The notes under the pieces were generated by a model. The model was not told the DNA's origin and did no database searches. It saw only the letters and a program-made list of their open reading frames with translations. Below are positions 9,695-19,602 of a stretch of 64,000 nt of DNA, in pieces (within the stretch, counting starts at the first letter, position 1; each line of letters starts with the position of its first letter). Origin of the DNA: Alphaproteobacteria bacterium (GTDB taxonomy: Bacteria > Pseudomonadota > Alphaproteobacteria > UBA828); contig OZ243972.1 of the NCBI GenBank assembly GCA_965214705.1, positions 1,120,001 through 1,184,000 of the forward strand. Reading direction: 5' to 3'. Made by a program: the position numbers and the translations under genes.

Positions 9695-10450
9695 TCAGGC
9701 TCTGGGCGGGGTGAGCTCGCGGCGCTCCCACCACAAGAGTTCTCCGCGCAGGAAGGCGCTGGCGAGCTCGTTCTGGGGCCCCGCGAAGAAAGTGTCGGCC
9801 GCCGCGTGCTCCAACAGGCGACCGCGATGCAGGAACATCACCTCGTCCGCAAGCCGCCGCGCCTGGCCGAGATCGTGGGTGGTCATGATGATCTTGGTGC
9901 CCTCCTGGGCCATCGCCTCGATCACGCCCTCTATCACGTGGGTCGCCGCCGGGTCGAGATTGGCGGTCGGCTCGTCGAGGAAGAGCACCTGCGGGTGCAG
10001 CGCCCACGAGCGCGCGAGCGCGAGGCGCTGCTGCTCGCCGAAGGAGAGAACGCGCGCCGGCACCCGCGCAAAGGCGCCGAGCCCGGTGCGCTCCAGCGCG
10101 TCCGCGATGAGTTGCCGGCGCTCGGGCCGGGGGATGCGGCGCAGGCTGAGCGCGAAGTCGATATTGGCGGCGACCGAGCGGCGCAGCATCACCGGCCGCT
10201 GCATTACCATCGCCTGGAAGCGCAGCGGATCGCGGCCGGCCGCGCCATGCCACAGCACCTCGCCCTCGCTCGGTGCGATCAACCCGTGGCAGAGCCGGAG
10301 CAGGAGACTCTTTCCGGCACCGTTGGGCCCCATGATGATCGTCTTCGGCCCTGCGGCGACGCGGACCGAAATTGTCTTGAGCAGCCGCTGCCGGTCGCGC
10401 TCGAAGCTCACGCCGCGAAGCTCCAGCGGCAGAATCGAGGTGGTCGTCAT
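9695..10450 (-). CDS. tupC: Tungstate ABC transporter ATPase
   Basis: Walker A GPNGAGKS, LSFGEQQR signature, LDEPTANLD. Confidence 0.85.
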   Translation of the reverse strand: MTTTSILPLELRGVSFERDRQRLLKTISVRVAAGPKTIIMGPNGAGKSLLLRLCHGLIAPSEGEVLWHGAAGRDPLRFQAMVMQRPVMLRRSVAANIDFALSLRRIPRPERRQLIADALERTGLGAFARVPARVLSFGEQQRLALARSWALHPQVLFLDEPTANLDPAATHVIEGVIEAMAQEGTKIIMTTHDLGQARRLADEVMFLHRGRLLEHAAADTFFAGPQNELASAFLRGELLWWERRELTPPRA

Positions 10451-11154
10451 CGCGGCCGTCCCTGCGCCAGCGTGCCGCGCAGCAGCGCGGCGGCGGCGCT
10501 CACCGCGATCGAGAGCGCCACCAGGACGATGCCGAGGCCAAGCGCCAGCGCCAGGTCGCCCTTGGAAACCTCAAGCGCGATCGCCGTGGTCATGACGCGG
10601 GTCACGTGGTCGATGTTGCCGCCCACGATCATCACCGCACCGACCTCCGCGATGGCGCGGCCGAAGCCCGCGAGTACGGCGGTAAGCAGGCTCACGCGCC
10701 CGTCCCAGAGCAGCGCCATCAGCGCGCGCCGCGGCGTCGCACCCAGCGAGCGGAGCTGCTCCTCGTACTCGACCCACAGATCCTCGATCACCTGCCGGGC
10801 GAGCGCCGCGATGATCGGGGTCACCAGCAGCACCTGGGCGATGACCATCGCGGTCGGCGTGAAGAGCAGCCCGAGCACGCCGAGCGGGCCTGCGCGCGAG
10901 AGCACGAGGTAGACCAGCAAGCCCACCACCACCGGCGGCAGGCCCATCAAGGCGTTGAGGATGACGACGATCGCCCCTCGGCCGGGGAAGCGGAAGAGCG
11001 CCACCGCCGCGCCCAGGGGCAGGCCGATGACGCTCGCCACCGCCACGGCGCCGACGCTGACCTGGAGCGAAAGCAGCACGATCTCGCCCAGGTCGCTGTC
11101 GAGGTGATAGACGAGGGAGAAGGCCGCCGCGAAGGCCTCGGCGATGTCGGTCAC
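10447..11154 (-). CDS. tupB: Tungstate ABC transporter permease
   Basis: MGLPPVVVGL and FGRAIAEVGAVMIVGGNI...TRVMTTAI motifs. Confidence 0.85.
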   Translation of the reverse strand: MTDIAEAFAAAFSLVYHLDSDLGEIVLLSLQVSVGAVAVASVIGLPLGAAVALFRFPGRGAIVVILNALMGLPPVVVGLLVYLVLSRAGPLGVLGLLFTPTAMVIAQVLLVTPIIAALARQVIEDLWVEYEEQLRSLGATPRRALMALLWDGRVSLLTAVLAGFGRAIAEVGAVMIVGGNIDHVTRVMTTAIALEVSKGDLALALGLGIVLVALSIAVSAAAALLRGTLAQGRPR

Positions 11155-11303
11155 GCTGGCGTCCTACCGCCCTCTGAGGTGAGTGCCGGCCGCCGCGAGG
11201 CGCCGGTACATGCCATGGTCCCAACAGCGCGCGCGGAACGCAACCGCCCGCCGCCTCACCGCACTGAGGGCGCGCGGGCCGCGAATACGGCGAGCGAGCC
11301 GGG

Positions 11304-12383
11304 CTACGCGACCTTGGGCAGCACCTCGTTCTTGAGCAACGCCATGGACTGGTGCCAGTCTTCGTAGGGCTCCCAGTCGTGGCCCATGGCGAGCAGGGTG
11401 CCGAAGGGACCGATCTCGCCCCTGAGGTCGTTCAGCTTCTGCGCCACCTCGTCGACACTGCCCACGATGAAGACGTTGTCCACCAGGTAGTCGATGGTCA
11501 CGTCGCTGTCTGCCATGTCCTGATCGTTCTTCAGCAACTTGAGCATGCCGACTTTAGGCAGGAGCCGGAAGAAGTAGTCGCGGAAATCGCGGGCGAGGAC
11601 CCCTTCGCACGCGAGCTTGCGGGCCTTGGCGCTGGTTTCCGCCACCACGACCTCGCGGGCCACGCGCCACTCGCTGGCGTCGGGGGCGCGGCCCGCCTCC
11701 TCAGCGCCGTCGGCGATCGCGTCCCAATGGGTCTTGAGCAGCACCGGGGGCACGAGGTTGATGGACATGGGCATCCAGCCCTTCACCGCGGCCATCTTGA
11801 GCGTGGACGAGCGTGGCGAGACGCCGGCGACGCCGATCGGCGGATGCGGCTTCTGATAGGGGCGAACATGCGCACGCAGCCCGTAATCGGTAACGGTCTC
11901 GGGGATGAGGAAGCGAAAGCCGTCGCTCTCGTAGACGCCGGGCTCGGGGTCGGTCCACAGCTTCAGGATCGTGTCGAGCGCGGCACGGGTGTAGCTCTGG
12001 TTGTTGATGGCGGGGTTCTCGCCCCAGTAGCCGAAGACCTGCATGTCGCCGGGAAAGCTGCCGGTGCCGACGCCCCAGTTGAAGCGGCCCTCCGCCATGT
12101 GATCCAGCTGCGCGATCCGGTGGGCGAGCACGAAGGGATCGTGGTTCGGGATGCAGCTGACGCCTGTGCCCAGCCTGATCTGCTTGGTCAGCGGGATCGC
12201 CTGCGCGATGAGCAAGTCCGGCGCCGGGATGTTCTCCCACTCCGACGTGAAGTGCTCCCCGATCCAGACCTCGGCATAACCCAGCTCGTCGAGCTTGACG
12301 ATCTGGTCCAGGTCCGCCTTGAGCGTCTCGGTGAAGTTCGCGCCCGGCGGGTGCAGCGGCATGGTGAAGAGACCGAGTTGCAT
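11304..12383 (-). CDS. LLM-class flavin-dependent monooxygenase
   Basis: GLFTMPLHP, LGYAEVWIGEH, IAQLDHMAEGRF and PYQKPHPP. Confidence 0.85.
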   Translation of the reverse strand: MQLGLFTMPLHPPGANFTETLKADLDQIVKLDELGYAEVWIGEHFTSEWENIPAPDLLIAQAIPLTKQIRLGTGVSCIPNHDPFVLAHRIAQLDHMAEGRFNWGVGTGSFPGDMQVFGYWGENPAINNQSYTRAALDTILKLWTDPEPGVYESDGFRFLIPETVTDYGLRAHVRPYQKPHPPIGVAGVSPRSSTLKMAAVKGWMPMSINLVPPVLLKTHWDAIADGAEEAGRAPDASEWRVAREVVVAETSAKARKLACEGVLARDFRDYFFRLLPKVGMLKLLKNDQDMADSDVTIDYLVDNVFIVGSVDEVAQKLNDLRGEIGPFGTLLAMGHDWEPYEDWHQSMALLKNEVLPKVA

Positions 12384-12461
12384 CGAACACACTCCAACAT
12401 TGAGGCTCACGGATGCACGCAGCATAGCGAGCGCGCCGTTGTGCCGCCAACCGGGGCGGCG

Positions 12462-13415
12462 TCAGCTCGGCGGCGGGGCGCCGGCCTTGGCGGCGATGGT
12501 CTCCCGCGCCACCCTGGCCTCGCGATAGGCGAGGTAGAGCGTGCTCACGAAGATGACGATGCCGCCGATCCAGACATAGAGCACCGGCACCTCGTTGAAG
12601 AGCAAATAGCCGTAGAGCGACGCCCAGATCAGGCGGAGGAAATCGACCGGGAGTACGACCGTGGCATCGGCCTCGCGGAAGGCCTGGGCGAGGCAGAGAT
12701 GGGCGAGGGTGCCGAAGCTCCCCATCAGCGCGAACCAGCCGAGGTCTTCGAGCGAGGGCCATTGCCAGACGAAGGCCGCTGCGATCGACGAGAGCGTCGT
12801 GAGGAAGACCGCCATGTAGGCGGTCATCGTGAGACTCGATTCCGTGCGGGACAGCAGCTTGATGATGATCATCGCGCCGGCCCAGACGGCAGACGAGCCG
12901 AGCACCAGCAGCGAGCCGGGGTCGAGCGCCACCATCCCCGGACGAACAATGATCAGCGCCCCGGCGAAGCCCGCGATGAGTGCGACGATGCGACGGACGC
13001 GCACCACCTCGCCCAGCAGCAGCACCGCGCCCACGGTGACGAAGAGCGGCGCGGTGAAGCTCAGTGCCGCGACGGTGCCGAGCGGCGTGATCGGGACCGC
13101 ATAGAAGAACATCATCATGGCCGAGACGTGGATCGCCCCGCGTGCGGCGTGGAGCGGGAGCTTCTGCGTGCGCAGGGCGCTGAGGCCGTGGCGCAGCAGA
13201 AAGGGTGCGATGAACAGCAGGCCGAAGAGATTTCGGAAGAACGCGATTTCGAAGGCATGCTGCTCGCTCGATGCGATGCGGATCACTGCGTGCATCGACG
13301 CGAAGCCGATGGTGGCCCCCAGCAGCAGCAACATGCCGCGCGCCGGCGGCGGCAGGGTGTAGTAGGCGGCGAGCAGCTGCGCGAGCGGCCCGGCCCGCGG
13401 AGGCTCAGCCCGCAT
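12462..13415 (-). CDS. DMT/EamA-family transporter
   Basis: About ten TM helices in two EamA repeats (FFRNLFG, LLLGEVV). Confidence 0.85.
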   Translation of the reverse strand: MRAEPPRAGPLAQLLAAYYTLPPPARGMLLLLGATIGFASMHAVIRIASSEQHAFEIAFFRNLFGLLFIAPFLLRHGLSALRTQKLPLHAARGAIHVSAMMMFFYAVPITPLGTVAALSFTAPLFVTVGAVLLLGEVVRVRRIVALIAGFAGALIIVRPGMVALDPGSLLVLGSSAVWAGAMIIIKLLSRTESSLTMTAYMAVFLTTLSSIAAAFVWQWPSLEDLGWFALMGSFGTLAHLCLAQAFREADATVVLPVDFLRLIWASLYGYLLFNEVPVLYVWIGGIVIFVSTLYLAYREARVARETIAAKAGAPPPS

Positions 13416-13536
13416 GTCGGGTCATGGTCTGCGCGGCGTCGTCAGGCCGACAGAGCAGGAAAGCCGCGCAGCGCGATGTGGTGCATCGGGCAAGCGGTTT
13501 GACGCACTCTGTCGGCCTAAGGACGCCGCCCTTCGG

Positions 13537-13635
13537 GTCGCGCCCAGGCGCCCGCCCACGTCGTCGCGGGCCTCAACCGTATTCCCCGATACGCTTTTCG
13601 GCCCGCTCCTTGCGGATCGAACGCCTGGACGCGAC
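13537..13635. repeat. Long imperfect palindrome (REP/MITE-like intergenic element)
   Basis: Outer arms gtcgcgcccaggcg / cgcctggacgcgac; inner arms gcgggcc/ggcccgc and cgtat/atacg. Confidence 0.5.
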
Positions 13636-13665
13636 GCAGGCCGTGACCCTGGTGAGAAGTGCGGG

Positions 13666-14055
13666 TTAAGGACGCGGCTTCTCCTCGGTCGGGCCGCCCG
13701 CCTCCTTCCACGCGCCGAAGCCGCCGGCGATGTGCGCAACTGGCGCGAGGCCCATGTTCTGCGCCGCCTGCGTGGCCAGAGCCGAGCGCATGCCGCCCGC
13801 GCAGAAGAAGACGAACTTCTTGCCGCTCGCGAAGAAGGGCTTGTGGTAGGGGCTCTCGGGATCGATCCAGAACTCGATCATGCCCCGCGGCACATGGCGC
13901 GCGCCGGGGACGGCCCCCTCGCGCCACAGCTCCCGAATGTCACGGATGTCGACGAGCTCGACGCCCTCGTCGTCCACCAGCGCGATGGCGTCGGCGGCCG
14001 AGAGCGTCTCGATCTCGGCCTCGGCCACGAGCTGCTTGATTCCCTTGGTAATCAT
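13666..14055 (-). CDS. Rhodanese-like domain protein
   Basis: LVDIRDIRE, PGARHVPRG and active-site FCAGGMRS. Confidence 0.88.
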   Translation of the reverse strand: MITKGIKQLVAEAEIETLSAADAIALVDDEGVELVDIRDIRELWREGAVPGARHVPRGMIEFWIDPESPYHKPFFASGKKFVFFCAGGMRSALATQAAQNMGLAPVAHIAGGFGAWKEAGGPTEEKPRP

Positions 14056-14139
14056 GGCTCCTCCCTGCGGTGCCCTGGAGCGCCGCGATGATGGCCGATG
14101 CCGGCTGCCGGCACCAGCGCTGCGCACCTTCGGTTTGCG

Positions 14140-15102
14140 TTACGCCGCGTCTCCTGGCCTCGACGACGTCTCCAGTGCCGCCAGTAGTGCGAGAAGCCGC
14201 GTATCGCGCTCGGCCGCGAGCGTCGGGATCGATTGGCCGTCCAGCATGTCGTCCACCGCGTGGCTCATGGTCTCGATCGCGGCCTCATCAAGGCGCGGCG
14301 TGCCGGAATCCGCCCACCAGCGTTCCAGCCCCGGCCCGAAGTGGTTGAGCGCCCCGCGCGTGCCGCCCTCGCCGCCGGCTAAGTGCATGGTGAGGAACGG
14401 CCCCATGAAGGCCCAGCGGAGCCCTGGGCCGTGGGAAACCGCCGCGTCGATATCGGCGGCGCTGGCTGCGCCCGAAAGCAGCAGATGAAAGGCCTCGCGC
14501 AGGAGCGCTGCCTGCAGCCGGTTGGCGATGTGGCCCGGCACCTCGCGCTCCACCCGGATCGCCCGCTTGCCGTGGGCGTTGTAGAAGGCGAGCGTCCAGT
14601 CGACCGTGGCCGGGTCGGTGTCGCGCCCGCCCACCACCTCGACCAGGGGGACGAGATGGGGCGGGTTGAAGGGGTGGCCGACGACGAAGCGCGGGCCGCT
14701 GCGCAGGCCCTCCTGAAGCTCGCTGATCAGCAAGCCCGACGTGCTCGATGCGAGCACCGCGTCCGGCGTGAGCGCCCCGTCGATGCGCCGGTAGAGCGCG
14801 CGCTTGAGGGCCGTGTCTTCCGGCGCGTTCTCCTGCACGAAGACCGCGCCGTCCACGGCGTCCTCGGGGTCTGCGACCACGCGAACCCGGCCGGGATCGG
14901 CGCCATTCGCCAGGCCGAGCCGTTCCATCGCGGGCCAGGTAGCGTCGACGAAAGCGCGGAGGCGCTCAGCGGTGCCGGGCGCCGGATCCCAGGCCGTGAC
15001 CGAGAAGCCGCGCGCCAGAAAATACGTCGCCCAACTCGCGCCGATGGTGCCGGTGCCGAGCAGTGCGATCGTGCTGACCGCCGCAGGTGCGGGCCGTGCC
15101 AT
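14140..15102 (-). CDS. 3-hydroxyacyl-CoA dehydrogenase family (carnitine dehydrogenase-like)
   Basis: GTGTIG, VQENAPE, GHPFNPPHLVPLVE and GPGLRW. Confidence 0.85.
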   Translation of the reverse strand: MARPAPAAVSTIALLGTGTIGASWATYFLARGFSVTAWDPAPGTAERLRAFVDATWPAMERLGLANGADPGRVRVVADPEDAVDGAVFVQENAPEDTALKRALYRRIDGALTPDAVLASSTSGLLISELQEGLRSGPRFVVGHPFNPPHLVPLVEVVGGRDTDPATVDWTLAFYNAHGKRAIRVEREVPGHIANRLQAALLREAFHLLLSGAASAADIDAAVSHGPGLRWAFMGPFLTMHLAGGEGGTRGALNHFGPGLERWWADSGTPRLDEAAIETMSHAVDDMLDGQSIPTLAAERDTRLLALLAALETSSRPGDAA

Positions 15103-15250
15103 GGGAGCCTCCTTCGCCTGCCGGCGGGACGTTCACGGAGTGGTTCAGTCGAATTAAGGGCTGGGCGCTGCCGCCCGGCGCTGTATATACCGATCGAGCC
15201 CGGCAATCGAGGGAACGGGGCGCGGCAGTGCGCTGCCGAGGGAGGACGTG

Positions 15251-15670
15251 ATGGCGGACAAGGTGGTGAAGACGGATGCGGAATGGCGTGCGGCGCTGAC
15301 CGAGGAACAGTATTACGTGACCCGGAAGGGGGGCACCGAGCGGCCCTTCACGGGTGCCTACTGCGACGAGAAGACGCCTGGCGAGTATGCCTGCGTCTGC
15401 TGTGGCGCCGCCCTCTTCAGCTCCGGCGACAAGTTCGATTCCGGCACCGGCTGGCCGAGCTTCACGAGGCCGGTCGATCCGGGGAACGTCGGCTCGTTGG
15501 AGGACATGAGCTACGGCATGCGCCGGACCGAGGTGGTGTGCAGCCGGTGCGACGCGCATCTGGGCCACGTCTTCCCGGACGGGCCGGCGCCCACGGGCTT
15601 ACGCTACTGCATGAACTCCGCCGCGCTCGTGCTTACACCCAAGGACGACGGCGGGGCGGGAGGGACTTAG
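15251..15670 (+). CDS. msrB: Peptide-methionine (R)-S-oxide reductase
   Basis: [29 protein letters not shown] and RYCMNSAAL. Confidence 0.95.
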   Translation: MADKVVKTDAEWRAALTEEQYYVTRKGGTERPFTGAYCDEKTPGEYACVCCGAALFSSGDKFDSGTGWPSFTRPVDPGNVGSLEDMSYGMRRTEVVCSRCDAHLGHVFPDGPAPTGLRYCMNSAALVLTPKDDGGAGGT

Positions 15671-15682
15671 CCAAGCCGGGAC

Positions 15683-16609
15683 TCAGGCGTCTCTCGACGA
15701 CGCGGTCTCCCGCACGATTCCCCGGAAGCGCCCGAACGGCGAGAGGTCGTCGGAGGAGCGCCGCGACACCATTCCGGTGCGGTGACGATAGGTGCCGAAC
15801 GTCACCGGCAGGGGCTTGAGTGGATGTCCGGGCAAACGCTCCAGGAAGGTCAGCGACAGCCAGGAGAGGTAGGGGCCTGCCGCCATCAGGAACAGTCCGG
15901 CGGAACCGGCGCGTGTGACGGTCTTCACCCGCTGGCCGGTTCTCTCGTAGAGCTGGTCGAGGACTCCGGCCAGCGAAGGCCGACCGTTGGCGGCGTCCGC
16001 CCGCATGGGTGCGTCGAAGTCGATCCACGGGTATTGGACAAGCGCGTCATCGCTCACCGTTCCGGAATGGAGCGGATGGTCCTTGTGGGCGACGATGCCC
16101 CACGTCATGTCGATGAAGCGTTCGCTCTTGAGGAACTGCGGCAAGGGTTCGTTGCTGTTGATTCCGCCGCAGTGGATGTCGCTATCGCCGTTGGCCAGGA
16201 GGCGAACACCTTCGGTCATTGGAAGGGTCTTCAGCTTGAGTTCCACGCCGGGGCAGGTCTCGTGGAACTTGGCGATCGCATCGGGAAGCACGGCCCGCAT
16301 CCACATGGGGCCAGCCGTGACGCGCAAGCTGCCAGTGCGGCCCGCGAGCGTGGCGGTGATCTTCTCTTCGGCAGCTTCGATTTCGTAGAGGATATGGCGT
16401 GCCAGATCCGCGACGACGGCGCCGAGCGGCGTGAGCCGAACGCCCGTGGACATGCGGTCGAACAGCCGGCCTCCGAACTGGCGCTCGAGCCGTGCGACCA
16501 CGCGCGAGAGGGCGGGTTGCGTGATGCCGAGCTTGTCGGCGGCGGAGAGGATGGCGCCTGTCTCGGCAACGGCAAGGAACTTGATCAGATCGTTGCGCTT
16601 CTCAAACAT
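15683..16609 (-). CDS. LysR-family regulator
   Basis: HTH FLAVAETGAILSAADKLGITQPALSR; CATA-N7-TATG dyad at 16642-16656 upstream. Confidence 0.9.
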   Translation of the reverse strand: MFEKRNDLIKFLAVAETGAILSAADKLGITQPALSRVVARLERQFGGRLFDRMSTGVRLTPLGAVVADLARHILYEIEAAEEKITATLAGRTGSLRVTAGPMWMRAVLPDAIAKFHETCPGVELKLKTLPMTEGVRLLANGDSDIHCGGINSNEPLPQFLKSERFIDMTWGIVAHKDHPLHSGTVSDDALVQYPWIDFDAPMRADAANGRPSLAGVLDQLYERTGQRVKTVTRAGSAGLFLMAAGPYLSWLSLTFLERLPGHPLKPLPVTFGTYRHRTGMVSRRSSDDLSPFGRFRGIVRETASSRDA

Positions 16610-17241
16610 CTGTGGTCCGCGTCCTTCGCGACTTAGCTGCACATAACTCACCTATGCATGTGGCAACCATGGCAAAATTCGTCCAGAAAGGAATTCTAAC
16701 GCTCTCGATAAGAAGCTCTTATGAATTTACCTGAGGTTACGGACATATTGTTTGATAATCTTCGCATAATAATGATCGAGTCCTTGAATTTCTGCATCGA
16801 TAATGTCAGTCGGACGATTGGCATGACGACTTGGTAGGTTGGCATATCCGATTTGCGTGTAAATGGATATACCACTAATATTGTTTGATTTTTGACAATG
16901 ATGCGTGGGAGTGAAGAGGAGGAATTCGACAGTTGCCGTGGCTTCCCGGGATCGATCTCGCAGAAAAATTTATGGTCTTGAACGTTAGAGATAGCTCAAG
17001 AGGCGTTCATGATAACGGGCACATGGTGAGCGGCTCCCAAAATCAAAACGTCGCTACTATGCTCATCAGGCATGTGCTTTTCTTAAGGGCGTATCCCACA
17101 CACATCAACGGGGTGGTGCGCTTCTCGCCGGGCGCGCGCAAATATCATCTTGCATCGCACGTCGTCGACTTGGCGAAGATCCGGCGGCGATGTCTCGCGA
17201 GGGCAACCGGCAAGGAGCGGCGCGCCGCCCCGCGGTGCGTT

Positions 17242-18171
17242 CTACTCTTCGTCCTGGGACGACGCACTTTGCTCCAAGAACGAGAGACAGAGCCGTGCGA
17301 TGGGTCTGACGCGACCCTGGTCCGTGAGCGCGGCGCAAAAGTGATTGTCGCGTTCGATATAGCCATCGCCGAGCGCGACCAGGGCGCCGGTTTCGAGATG
17401 CTGATCGACGAAGTTTTTCCAGCCGAGCGCGATGCCCTGCCCCTCGACAGCCGCCTCAAGCGAATAGACGTAATTGTCAAAGCTCACGAACCGAGGCGAG
17501 GGCTCGGGGCGCCCAGCGGCTTGAAACCAGTCCTCCCACGACGCCCAGTTCTCACTAGCGCTGCCAGGTTCGAGAAACGAGAGACCACTCCAGCCGCTCA
17601 CGGGGCCATTCAGCGTATCCGAATGGGTTGCAGCGTATTCGGGGGCACAGACCGGCCTCACCGCTTCCGCAAAAAGCACCACTGCGCCTTCCCCTCGAAT
17701 GGTGGCCTCCCAGTCCAGAACTACGTCGGGAACCGAATCGAGTGGCAGGTTCTGCGAGTAACGATGAAAAATTACGGTTTGAATTTGAGTGCGCTCGCCG
17801 AGTGCTTCGCGCAGCGCATTGTGTCGCGGTCTCAGCACGTAGTGCGACACCGGGTTGGAACACGCGATCACCACTCGTTCGCCCGATGAAGCCTCGGCGA
17901 TCTCGGAGGTGGCCTTGTCGATCATACCGAGCGCAGGGGCGACGCCTGTATGGAAGCGCCGTCCGGCTTCGGTCAGCTTCACTCCGGTTCGGGATCGTTC
18001 GAACAGCTTGGCGCCATTCTTCTCTTCGAGGTTTGCGATATGGCGACTGATTGCGGGTTGCGATGTGCCCAGCTCCTTGGCCGCTCCGGCGAAACTGCCG
18101 GTCCGCGCGGCGCATTCGAAGGCGATGAGGGCCGCCGTCGGTGGGATTCGATAGGGACTGGACTTAGGCAT
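17242..18171 (-). CDS. LysR-family regulator (GcvA-like)
   Basis: IPPTAALIAFECAARTGSFAGAAKELGTSQPAISRHI and AAVEGQGIALGW. Confidence 0.88.
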   Translation of the reverse strand: MPKSSPYRIPPTAALIAFECAARTGSFAGAAKELGTSQPAISRHIANLEEKNGAKLFERSRTGVKLTEAGRRFHTGVAPALGMIDKATSEIAEASSGERVVIACSNPVSHYVLRPRHNALREALGERTQIQTVIFHRYSQNLPLDSVPDVVLDWEATIRGEGAVVLFAEAVRPVCAPEYAATHSDTLNGPVSGWSGLSFLEPGSASENWASWEDWFQAAGRPEPSPRFVSFDNYVYSLEAAVEGQGIALGWKNFVDQHLETGALVALGDGYIERDNHFCAALTDQGRVRPIARLCLSFLEQSASSQDEE

Positions 18172-18320
18172 AACGTAATCGATACAAGCATAATCCAAGA
18201 AGCGCAACGTACTTTGGGAAAGCTATGCTTGGGGAGATCAAATATATAACTAAAAATTATACACATACGTGAAGAAGAGCACCCATGAAATATGCTGAAA
18301 TACATAGTAATATAACTTAA

Positions 18321-18596
18321 GTGAATGTATCCTGCGCAGACTTCTATACCGAGGCGATCGACATCCCCGTCCTGCCGATGCTCGCCAAGCGGCTCTTCTT
18401 CAAGTTCCACAGCCTGTACGACACGATGCGCCTGCCGGAGAAGCGTGCCGCCTGCTTCGCTTTCGTGCATGACGAGTTGGCCTCCGGCGCGTCGAGGCCG
18501 ATCATCGACCGGACCTTCCCGCTCGAGCAGATCGCGGGTGCGCCTCGCTACATGGAAACCAACACGCAGCGCGGCAAGATCGTGGTTACGACCTGA
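18321..18596 (+). pseudogene. C-terminal remnant of an MDR/quinone oxidoreductase (zinc-binding ADH family)
   Basis: RPIIDRTFPLEQIA...YMETN...GKIVVT tail only; AT-rich non-coding DNA lies upstream. Confidence 0.7.
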
Positions 18597-18650
18597 CCTG
18601 CGCCGAGACCCGTTCTCTCACAGCGGTCGCGGCGACAAGTCGGACGCGCT

Positions 18651-19142
18651 CTACGTCTCGAACGCCAGATCGGCGGGAGAAATCAGCACGCCGAACTGAA
18701 TGCACCAGATGACGACGCTCGGATACTCCTTCAGATCGACACCCTTGGGGATGGGATATTTCTGGCTGCCCTCGAACGCGCGCAATTTGCCAAGGTCGAT
18801 GTACATCGTCGACTTGACGTCGGAAGATTCACGGATTTCTTCGCGCGGGACGAGATAGACGTGAAAGGCGGGTCCCGGTCCAACTTTGAAGTCCTCCTCA
18901 AGGAATACCAGCTCTTCATAGACCGTAACCCGCCCCTCACCGTAGTGGATCGGGTCCGAGGGATTTGCGTGAATAAACGTGCCTTGAGCGACGACGTCGG
19001 TCTGCTCTTCGGCCGTGAGAGTCTCCATCGCAGGCGGCGGCGGAAACACGTAAGGAAATATGAAGAAGCCAACGGCCACGCCGAAGGCCGTACCCAAGAC
19101 GCCCCCAATGAAGAAGGCGATAATCCATTTCCGCATCGTCAC
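18651..19142 (-). CDS. DM13 domain membrane-anchored protein
   Basis: N-terminal TM; GPGPAFHVYL, DLGKLRAFEGSQKY and SVVIWC..FGV. Confidence 0.85.
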   Translation of the reverse strand: MTMRKWIIAFFIGGVLGTAFGVAVGFFIFPYVFPPPPAMETLTAEEQTDVVAQGTFIHANPSDPIHYGEGRVTVYEELVFLEEDFKVGPGPAFHVYLVPREEIRESSDVKSTMYIDLGKLRAFEGSQKYPIPKGVDLKEYPSVVIWCIQFGVLISPADLAFET

Positions 19143-19602
19143 CTCCTGCGGTGATCGTTGCTACGGGTTCGCCCAGTTCGGCTCGGGCATTCAGCTAGAT
19201 AGGCGCGCATGATAGGTCGTGATTGCCGAAGCATACAGGCAAGAGATCGTGCATGAATTGGTAACCGAAGATCACTCGTATAGAGAGTGGTTCTGCGCCT
19301 CTGCGCTTTCAAGGGGTGGCATCCCGCAGGCACCCTAGTTTCTGGTTGACTACCGGTCGCCGCCGAGGCTTCCTCGACTGGCACCCGTCGCCGCCTTTCG
19401 CCTCGCGCCCCGATCATCGCCCCGCCGATGTTGTTATGGGCATGATGCGATGCAGTGTCGCAAGCGCGGTGTTATTATCATCTTTGCCAGCTGCACCCAT
19501 CCCGAGGTCCTTGTACGACCTGCTGCGGACCGCAGCGACGAGAGCGGCGGCGACTGACCGGGTTAATCGGTTTGCTGCGCCACGCCAGAGGGAGGACGAC
19601 CA

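Noticed and set aside
16758-16790. tcttcgcataa resembling a XerC arm of dif
   Set aside because: No XerD-like TTATG arm at the required spacing.
19270-19360. Purine-riboswitch-like words (ctcgtata ... gtttct ... gactac) upstream of the ABC operon
   Set aside because: Spacing, the tatgg loop and the P2/P3 stems do not fit.
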